20,642 bases of DNA from Geosiphon pyriformis uo1 (taxonomy: Eukaryota > Fungi > Glomeromycota). The stretch is from the NCBI GenBank assembly GCA_016748015.1, contig JAAOMT010000567.1:1-20642 (forward strand), given 5' to 3'. The position numbers and the translations under genes were made by a program. Below the pieces are notes generated by a model, which saw nothing but the letters and a program-made list of their open reading frames with translations, did no database searches and was not told where the DNA came from. Within the stretch, counting starts at the first letter, position 1; every line of letters begins with the position of its first letter. This document shows positions 1-9,400 of this stretch, piece after piece.

Positions 1-219
1 CTATTAAAAGACTCTCCAATTTCAGTTATTTCAAATTCTACTGTCATTACAAATAAGAGTGGTAAGAATAAGAACAGATTTGGCAACAGAAATATTAGAA
101 GTGACTTTGGGAACAATAATGATAGTAGGATTGAAAATAATAATGATAATAAAGTTTGAAGCAAAAATAATAATATGATTGAAAATAACAATCATAATAA
201 AATTGACAAAAAGCCTTAA
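1..219 (+). other. Possible 3' end of an Asn-rich coding sequence or pseudogene entering from the left edge
   Basis: Frame 1 reads LLKDSPISVISNSTVITNKSGKNKNRFGNRNIRSDFGNNNDSRIENNNDNKV*SKNNNMIENNNHNKIDKKP* with one internal TGA (157-159). Low complexity; no recognisable domain. Confidence 0.2.
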
Positions 220-657
220 GAAACTATCATTTACACTAAGTAGCGTTTAACCTAAAGTATACCTATGTAACTTTTTTTAATTACTTATTTTATGTCAAAT
301 CACTTTTTTTCTTAATCAGATTCTTTATTGTTTAAGGAATAAAATTATATTTGAGTCTGAAATTAGAAGATTTTTTTTAGTTAGTGATGAATTTCATGTT
401 AATTAAATGAGTTAAAAAAAAATACATAATATTATTTCATAAAATAGAATTAGTTTTTAATATTTATTTAAAAAAAAATTTCAATAAAAATTTATAGGCA
501 TTTGTATTATTTTATTTATTTTGCTGAAGAGTTTTTAATTTTGACAATATAGAACATAGTATGATCAATCGTTGTCACTAGTGGTTATAACTGAGAGTTT
601 TATAATTTATTAAATTTAGGAAACTTTTAATTTTTCATTACTCTTTTAGATAACACT

Positions 658-1293
658 AAATTTTAAAAAAATAGCATCATTGTCATAATTTTTGGTTGTC
701 CTGTTTAATCATCTCTAAACTATTTGCATATTTTTTAAAAACAAAAAAAAAAAGCTTTTAATGTCTTTTATTTTTGTAAAAATTTTATGTTTTCTCATTT
801 AAATAAATAACAACCTTCAAATTGTTAAAGAAAACAAAACTCAAAAGAGAATCTGATTAAAAAAAAGAAGATTAAGATTTAAATCTTATTTAGAAAAATG
901 GTTATTACATTTCAACTAATAAAAAAAATTTGTACACTATTATTCACTCACACNNNNNNNNNNNNNNNNNNNNNNNNNNNNNNNNNNNNNNNNNNNNAAA
1001 TTTTAAAAAAATAGCATCATTGTCATAATTTTTGGTTGTCCTGTTTAATCATCTCTAAACTATTTGCATATTTTTTAAAAACAAAAAAAAAAAGCTTTTA
1101 ATGTCTTTTATTTTTGTAAAAATTTTATGTTTTCTCATTTAAATAAATAACAACCTTCAAATTGTTAAAGAAAACAAAACTCAAAAGAGAATCTGATTAA
1201 AAAAAAGAAGATTAAGATTTAAATCTTATTTAGAAAAATGGTTATTACATTTCAACTAATAAAAAAAATTTGTACACTATTATTCACTCACAC
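658..1293. repeat. Exact 296-bp direct duplication (658-953 = 998-1293) around a 44-N gap (954-997); probable unmerged contig overlap
   Basis: The two copies read identically and both abut the N run. Confidence 0.9.
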
Positions 1294-1990
1294 AAAGTTA
1301 TTTCCATAAATAACATTAACTAGTTTAGATCTTCTGGCACCTCTTTTTTTAACAATAGCCCATAAGTTTTCAGTTAAATTTAAGTTAGATAAATTGGCAA
1401 GCCAATCAATAACATTATAGATATTTTCAGCAATAAATGTCTGAGCAATTTTACATTTGTGCTTTAGATTATTATCTTATTAAAACCATCATTTATGTTC
1501 TAGTATTTTTTTAATTTTAGAGAAATGGATATAAAAAATTTCAATGCAAAATTCACTGTTCATTATACTAGTAAACAAAATAAATTAGGTTTTTCTCTTC
1601 TATAAAAACTACCAAACAAAAATTTTTCTTCAGTCTTTTAATAGTTACAAACTTTTATACCAATGTTTTAATGTGTTCTTAAATAAACAAAATACTGTTT
1701 TATTTGTAAATACAATTCAGTTTTTATTGTTATTTAAACATTAATAAGTCTATTCTATGCAGTTTTTTTTATGCTTATTTATAAGCATTAGTGTTGCTAA
1801 AAAAAAGTTTTTTTGATATCTAAGAAATTTTAAATATCTTTTTGTTGTTTTGTAAAATATATTTATATTAGTTTTTGACAAATTTGTTGTCAAATTTTTT
1901 GTTTTCTGTTGTATTTTACTTGTATTTTATATGCTGTTATTTTAGAAATATAAGACAATTTATTACTGTATTTCTTGCTTGGATGAAAAC
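1260..1990 (-). pseudogene. Degenerate Tc1/mariner (DD34E) transposase relic
   Basis: Minus-strand translation, absent from the ORF track: ...LATLMLINKHK...IVFTNKT (1713-1696; canonical VFTDET)...WF**DNNLKHKCKIAQTFIAENIYNVIDWLANLSNLNLTENLWAIVK. This matches the Tc1 motif FQQDNDPKH...DWPANSPDLNPIENLW. Exactly 34 residues lie between D (1474-1476) and E (1369-1371). Boundaries approximate; TIRs not identified. Confidence 0.85.
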
Positions 1991-2859
1991 AACATTGCTT
2001 TTCTGGGTTAGCTTTTCTATTAGCAGTATACAAATATGGTTAAGGTGGCTGAAACTCTTAACATTGTAAGAAATTTTTTCTAACAACATCACTTTTCTGG
2101 ACCAGCTTTTCTAACTAGCAATATACTAATATTATAGTATTTGCTGTAAAATCATCATTAGATGTAGATTATAGAAAAGACTAAATATGGAATGTACTAA
2201 CCTGTGGTAAAACTTCCAACACTTTTATTCTTTATTCAAAATCAGTTATTTTTTTTAATGAGAAATTTACTGCATGTTTTGCTAAGTCTTTAATAAGAAG
2301 TACTGGTTGTAAAGCTGTTTCTTTTTTTTTAGATAAATAACAGTAGCAAAACATATAGCATTAAGAGAGCTTTCCAAAAAAAGTTTAACATATTAACAAT
2401 AAATAGTTTGTCAAAATAATGCAAGTAAAAATGAAGCAACAAATATATATAATATAGATATACTGTTCTTTTAAAACGTTTTTCTTCACTTATTTTAGAT
2501 ATGAGAGCTTAATCCAATTCAGTAAACTTTATTACAGTCTTTTGCTACAGTCCACTCAACTAACACAATATTATTGAACTTGAACAAAGCTAAGATAATT
2601 GCTTTCTTAAAAGCATCTATGAGAATTTTTTTGATGATTACTACTTATTTAAATGTACTTTTTGTTTTTTAAGATTACTGTTTACCAAGATTTTTTTATC
2701 TGCAGCCAATAATAATTTCTTGAAATTTTAAAAAAGTAATAACTTTTCTAAAACTATATACAGTTGAAAATAACTTTTTAATTATCTATGACATTTTTTC
2801 TTTTAACAGCTAAAAAATTAATATTTAAAGCAAAATATTTTTTTTAATTTTTTTTAATT

Positions 2860-3716
2860 ACTTCAAGAACAAACTGTTTTTATTATTAATATTAAATTTT
2901 TATGTTTTTATTTTATTTTTATTTAATAAATATAATTTATTTGCTATTTAATATAATATAATAAATTAAAAATTTTAAATTAAATATAAATTAAATATTT
3001 ATTACATATAATTAATTATTTAAACCAATTAAAACTATATTATATATATATATATATTAATATATTACAATCTAAATTAAAAAAAACAAATATAATATAT
3101 ACTTTAAAAATATTAAATAAATATATTATATTATTAAATAAAATTAACAACAAATTATAAACTAATAAATTAACAAAACTATTTTTATTAACCAAATTNN
3201 NNNNNNNNNNNNNNNNNNGAATTATTAAAAACAATGTATGTTTTTTTATATTAATTTTTAAAACAAATTTTTTGCTTAATATTATATATAAACTATTATT
3301 AAAAACTTTAAATAATAATATTTAAAAAATTTAAAAAATATAATATGATAACTAATTAAAAAAATTCATATATTTATTTAAATATCAAACAATTTTAATT
3401 AAATATTTGTATTATTAATATACATAAACACATAATCTGAAAATTTAATTTTATTATAGTAAATATACAACATTAAAATAAAATTTAAAAATTGCTAAAT
3501 TGATTTTATAATATATAATATTATTTTATATTATAATTTTATATTTAATTATATATAAAAACATATTAATAAATATTATAATTGTTTATAATGAAGTATT
3601 TTTTAATATAAAACACTATAAATTACTTAAAACATAATAAAAAAAAGTTATTTTTTATTTTAATTAAACTAATATTTATTAAAATTCTATATATATTAAT
3701 ATTATATATTATAAAT
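2860..3716. other. Extremely AT-rich low-complexity tract containing a 20-N gap (3199-3218)
   Basis: Almost no G or C on direct inspection. Similar tracts at ~6020-6290, ~13075-13315, ~13510-13770 and 20540-20642. Confidence 0.85.
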
Positions 3717-3748
3717 ACATCAATTAAACTCTTTGTCTCCTTAGTTTT

Positions 3749-5883
3749 ATGATTATGACTAAAACAAAGAGTAAAAAAACTATATTTGTTATCTTTTCTA
3801 AGATACTTAATAAAATTTTAACCAGAAAAGCTTTCTTTATTATAGAAGCAACTAGGCAAACCATTTTAAAAGCCTTTTTTTTGCTCAGTAACTGTAAAAA
3901 GCTGCCTTTAATAACTACTAAAACACTTTTTTTATCTTTGGCTGGTTTTTTTCCAGTTAAAATTTTTTCAAAGAAACACACTTGGGCTAATTCTAGTGTT
4001 GTTTTTACTTTTTCAAAAAGCCCAAAAATTTTTAATAACAGACCAGTCAACAAATTGGTCTTTTTTTTCATAGCTTTAACACTTGGTGCTGCTAGCATCA
4101 CTTTTTCAAAAAAATGGTCAAAAACACCAAAAATTCAGAAAAGTGGGAGCAGTTACTTGTCTCTGTTATTGTTACACCGAATTTCTTTGTGGTTTCCAAT
4201 AAAATTTTAGGTGAGATTTTTATAGTATCATTTGGCATATTATCCAAGATAAACCAAAATTAACTATTGGCTATGTTGCTAAATGTGATGTCTTTTGACA
4301 GATTATTGCCAGTTTTAGAAGCAAAACAATTAACTTCTATAGTGTTATTTGTTCTTAAAAACTGAACTGATTAAATAGATATTAAATTATCTTTTCTTCT
4401 GGTTTCTGATGCTGCCACTAATAGTGCTTAGGAAATTATTGCTAATTATTAAAGATTTGTTGGATGGATGGCTTTTTTTTTGGTGCTTGGTGCTATTTTT
4501 AATATAAAATTGGCTTATGTTAAGACTGTTTTTCAGTCTGTATATGGTTTTTTGGGTGCAAAATCTGTTACTAAGAATAATATAAAGCTCTTTTGTATGA
4601 AGTTTGTTTCTTAAAGTTTTTTAGATGCTGTATTTTTAGTTGAGCTTACAAGCTCTGTTTATCTTGCCACTTTCAAAATTGCTAAGTCTTTGGTAGTTTC
4701 TGAGTTTGGTTCCCCTTCTGTTGCTGTTATGCTACATGATATGCTTTTGGGTGTATCTGTTGCTAACATTAAGACAGCTTTTTGTGTGTTTGGTAGTATT
4801 ACTTATGTTGTATTGAAGCCTGTTAGTATTTGGCAATATGTGGTTATTTATTTTAAAAAGTTGAACTCTGCTGTATTTGCTTTAAATTATTGATCAATTT
4901 TGGTGGACAAAGATAGTATTAAGATCCTCTTCTTGGTAAATTAGAATGAAACTATTCTGTTTTATAATAGGTTTAAGGCTAAGTTAATTAATCTTTTTTT
5001 TGGCTGTATAGCTTTTGAAATTAGTGATATAATTTCTCAAGTTGGTAGTCAGACATGTTTTATTCTCCATTTTTTTGAGTCTGGTCATTGTTTCTGGTTT
5101 GCTCTGATTATATTTGGTTCTCTGGTTGATTTGGATACTGTAGTACTAAAGACTAATATGCTAAAAAAGTATTATATTTGGTAAGAAACTCTTAGTAATT
5201 GGCACTGTTTTTGATTCCAAGGTTCAGATTATCTGGCTTTGGATTATAAGATGTCTTTATTTCTTTTTTTTAAGGCTTCCAAGATATTTATCTCTTATGG
5301 TATTAATAACAAGTTTTATGCTAAAGCTGCTGCTTCTATGTTTTCTTCAGTTTCTAGTACTTTAAATGATTTAACTGTTTCTACTAAAATTACATCTAAC
5401 AATTTTATGGTCTCTTTTCAGTTAATATTATTGGAATTTGATTTGGTCAAACGTACTACTTTGGTTAATTCTATTGTTAAACCAATTGGTTCTATGATTA
5501 AAGTATTTAAACAGTTTATTAATAAAGATTTGGCTTTAAGTAGGAATATTGGCCTTAAGTTTAAAGAGATTTTGGTACATATAGGTACTTTTAGCAAGAT
5601 TGTAGATAAGTTAAAGCAAAATATAATTGCTCTAAAAGATAAGTGTGATTTTAATAATGTTAATATGACTGGTTCTTATGTGAATCTGTTTAATTTTGAT
5701 GATAACATGTTTTTTAACTTAATATTACTTTAAGAGCATGAATCAGCTGATGTTAAATCAGATGTTTTTAAGACAGCTAATTGGTTGGTAGGTTTGATTC
5801 TTAATAGTGCTTTATTGTTTAAGATTGTTCAAAGGATGTCATTTTTAAGTAAGTTTTCTTTTGATATATCAAATATAGTATAG
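3749..5883 (+). pseudogene. E0 ORF1-like protein (RRM-like domains, decayed CCHC knuckle, helical C-terminus) with multiple stops and frameshifts
   Basis: AVMLHDMLLGVSVANIKTAFCVFGSITYVVLKPVSIWQYVVIYFKK...*SILVDKDSIKI aligns with E2 ORF1 AVVLKKIPVETSTEAVHAVLSGFGVVMSIKMQLVGLWQKAIVEFSK...WSILIEKDAVHV. Knuckle remnant CF*FQGSDYLALDY at 5206-5247. Includes track ORFs 3749-4210, 4690-4893 and 5239-5733; that last frame continues past TAA 5731 to TAG 5881-5883. Confidence 0.8.
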
Positions 5884-6017
5884 TCTAAACTGGTTCAAGT
5901 AGTTGATTATATATAGAAAGCATGTGAACTATATTTAGTTCTGGATCATTTAGTTTGGTCTTAATTTTTAATTAATGGTTGGGTCATATTCATTAAAACT
6001 TTAATAAAAAAAAAAAA
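5876..6017 (+). promoter_or_regulatory. Conserved retroposon 3' tail of E0 (putative RT-recognition element plus poly(A))
   Basis: TAG, 35 nt, TAGAAAG...TAGTT..GGATCA.TTAGTTTGG...TTAAAA..TTAATAAAA; co-linear with the E1 and E2 tails. Confidence 0.75.
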
Positions 6018-6291
6018 TGTTAATTTAGCAATTTTTTAAAATTTATTGTATAATTTTTTTTATAAATTGTTTTTATTATATATATATATAATTTAAATAT
6101 ATATTTATTTATAAAATTATTATTATATACAAATTAAAATATCATATTATTGAAATTTGTAATTAATTAATTTTTTTTAATATAATATTATTGATAATAA
6201 TAGTTTTAAATTTAATTTTTTATCAAATATAACAAATAAAATTATAAGTATTACAAACAAAATACTTAGTATTTTTAAAAACAGCCATATT

Positions 6292-6300
6292 ATTAATCTT
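6292..6300 (+). repeat. E1 target-site duplication, left copy ATTAATC(TT); right copy at 13063-13071
   Basis: ATTAATCTT runs into the poly(T) on the left and immediately follows the element 5' end on the right. Confidence 0.75.
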
Positions 6301-6438
6301 TTTTTTTTATTAAGTGTTTTAACAAATGAAGTCTAATCACTATTTAGTACATAAAACCAAACTAAGAGACCCAAACTAAATGTGATTCATGCACTTTCTA
6401 CATGTGGCTAGTCATTCAGGCTAAACAAGGCAATACTA
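6299..6438 (-). promoter_or_regulatory. E1 3' UTR/tail with hairpin (6388-6406), AATAAA and poly(A)
   Basis: Sense strand CACATG-TAGAAAG-TGCATG; conserved with E0 and E2. Confidence 0.75.
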
Positions 6439-9400
6439 CACACCTATAATAACCTGTGGGTTAAAATTCAAACCAGAAAAAAACAAACTAGCTTGACGAT
6501 GGCCAAAACTAACAGTAAAAGACTCCAAAATGCCAAGTAGTCTAACCACACCATCTAACAAAACAGAAACTATATAACAAGGCAGACCAGAAACCAACTC
6601 ACCATCCCTGACCAAACCAGCTCTCTCTATATCCACCCTATGCTTAGCCCTAATCAACCAGATCTTAATACAATGCTGTTCCACTACACCCCTAACAAAA
6701 TCAATGACAACACCAGCAGTTTTCTCTTTATCCTTGAAAGCATCAATGGCTTTGAGGCACCAGTCTGACATTACAAAACTCTTGTACAAAACCAAATAAA
6801 GACCAACATCCGAAAAACAACTGTTAAGAAACATTAAAGTGACAGAAAATGTCAAAAAACAAGAACTCAACAGGGAGACCCACAAAGCAGAAGCCTTAGC
6901 CAAAATCTCCTCCCAAATGCTGGCATCTGAAATGCATGAAAAGACATGATCAGGCAACTTCACTTCACTGCACAGCAAGCAAAGCACACCAGGATACTCT
7001 TTGTCATATAATCTCTTTCAAACTGCCACTGGTAAGTGGTGATAAACAGCTTTCATCAGATATGACCTCAGACCAAAAGACTTTCGACTAGTAAAACCAG
7101 CAAGCATATGCAAATCAGAATGCCATACTCTCGAGATAGCTGCCCAGTTCACACATCTCACCAGCTCACCTGGAATCACATCACAGCCAGGATCAGCTTC
7201 TCAGAGAGCACGACAGATAGACTTATGTAAGTCCCTAGCAAAATAACAGGCATTGCCAGACAAAACCATGCCATCAGTCTTCAAAAACCATTCCTGAACT
7301 CCCACAGGCATAAAAAACTGAGAACGAGTAGCTGCACCAGTAGCAGAATCAGCTCTAATATTACCATAAACTCCAAAATGTCCCTTAACCTTAACCCAAT
7401 TCACACTAAGATTCTTTTGCTTTATAAGATTGAAAATATGACATCTTTCCACCCAACATGGAACACAAAAATCAGGTACAGCAAAAGACATCTCAGACAC
7501 ACAAGCATCGATGGCAGCTTGGCAACAGCCTGCAACTCAATTAAAGTAGATGACAACAGCCCAGAAACACCCACACTAATACTAAGATTCACAGAAAAAA
7601 AGTAAACCATACTACCAGCCACATCACCAGACCCAGTATTTACCAGCGAACCATTCGTAAAGACTTCAAAGGAACTAGACCACAACTCATGCAGGCAACT
7701 TTGCACTTTAGAAAAATTTTCAGAGTCAAAAATGTCCAAACCAGAACACCTTACAAACCGAGAAGAACCAGACAGTAGAACACCACCACCAACCAAAAAC
7801 TTACTGGTCAGACTAAACCAAAAGGGGACAGGCCCCCTTGGATCAAGCCTTTTTCATTAATGGAAAGTTTTTCAATCCATCACACAATCTTTTTTATCAA
7901 GCAACCTATTTGCAAAAGCAACATCAAAACATCTCAAAAAATAAACAAAATCATAATAAAGAGAACCATCCAGAACAGAAGACATAAGAAAAACACCAGA
8001 GCTATAGAAAGCACTAGGCAGATAGTTCACCAAAAAGAATCTATTACATAAAAAGATCCTAACCATACCAGCCAGAAAATTGTTCACAGGACTAACACAC
8101 AACTTAACAGGAAACTGCAAAGAATCTAAGGGAGCCCAATCCAAAACCTGCAAATCCAAAAATCTGTGGTCAAACAAGCGTCCCAGGATGCCAGAGGTAT
8201 TAGAAAAGGAGACCACAGCAGTCAACTTGCTCTCAGACTGCAATTGCTCAAAAAATTTCAAGCCATACAATAAAGGGTGATGTAAAGCTGCATTAAGAAA
8301 GTCGTGGGGGAGGCAGGCTTTTATCTTGAGACCCTTTCTGACTATGACATCTCACTTGTGACATATATTCAAAGACACAAAGCTAAACTGGGTATGGTAA
8401 CTAATAATAGGCTGCAAAATGGTTGACACCAAATAAGAGAACTGTTTATCTGTAACTGTTTTTCTGAGCACCACATTAATAAAAAATTGAATGTCAGAAT
8501 GGGCCTTAGCAATACTGGGCTTGGATAGTCAATCAGTAGACAAGAAAATCCCCAAATAATAATGAGCCTCACCCTTTTTGACAACAGAGACAGGCTGACC
8601 GCTAATACTTAAAGAAGCCACTTGTACACCCTGGTTAATTGGAATGACCACTGTCTTCTCATTATTAATAGAAATGTCATTGATCAAAAAAAACTCACTA
8701 GCAATATTCAGAGCATATTGTGTGGATGCCTGGCAATCCCCAACCCATATTGTATCATCTACAAAAGCACCAGTCACAAAGAACAAAGTTAATCTATCAA
8801 CATTCTCAATTCTGCCAGTCTTCACCACAAACTTAGTATCAATCCAGTATCCACACAAATGTTCATGTTGTTTAACTTCACACAAGAGTGGATCATAGAA
8901 GATTCTCCAGAGAAGGGGAGAAAAAACCTCACCCTGATCCAAGCTATCGTGTACTATATAGCCATCCAAGAGACTGAAATCTGTCATAACCCTATTGACT
9001 CTATCCATATGAATGCTGTCAAAGAACTTGATAAACTTATCACACATTTTAATATGCCTCAAGCTAGCTTCCAAGTGGTGCCAACCAACTGAGTCATTTG
9101 CCTTGTGCATATCCTGCAGAACCAGCCAGAGTTTCTGATTTTTTTCCAATGCATCCTCAACCACTGATCCTATTGCAAACACAAGAGACTGTATAGACAT
9201 ATCCTTTAAAACAGAAAAATTGTCTCCATGAAGAATGCCAAACTTGCTGCAAGCGGCTGAGATTCGGTCTGAAAGAATCTTGGACAAGATTTTCCTGGCA
9301 GTTTCGATAAATGCAATCGGCCGAGTGTTCATTAGAACCCCATCCCAGTCATAAGGTTTAGAAATCATAGAAACCCAAGCCCTTCTCCACAGAACGGAAA

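Larger units (their letters stand above)
3726..6017 (+). mobile_element. E0: non-autonomous ORF1-only non-LTR retroposon (HAL1-like architecture) with a LINE-type 3' tail and poly(A)
   Basis: A single degenerate ORF1-like frame is followed directly by a 3' tail alignable to the E1/E2 3' UTRs, then AATAAA (6003-6008) running into A12 (6006-6017). No APE or RT sequence. 5' boundary approximate. Confidence 0.8.

Noticed and set aside
1771-1900. Short palindromes ATGCTTAT-TT-ATAAGCAT and TTTGACAA-ATTTG-TTGTCAAA
   Set aside because: They lie within the transposase coding relic and are expected by chance at this AT content.
1875-4101. Track ORFs 1875-2069, 3040-3234 and 3724-4101
   Set aside because: Low-complexity or antisense frames; one spans an N gap.
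6388-6425. CTGAATGA...GAAA in the E1 tail resembling a hammerhead ribozyme core
   Set aside because: Does not fit CUGANGA spacing and is not conserved in E0 or E2.
5876-6438. E0 and E1 tails forming an inverted repeat, like TIRs of a foldback or MITE element
   Set aside because: Explained by two tail-to-tail retroposons, each with its own poly(A); E1 has its own TSD.
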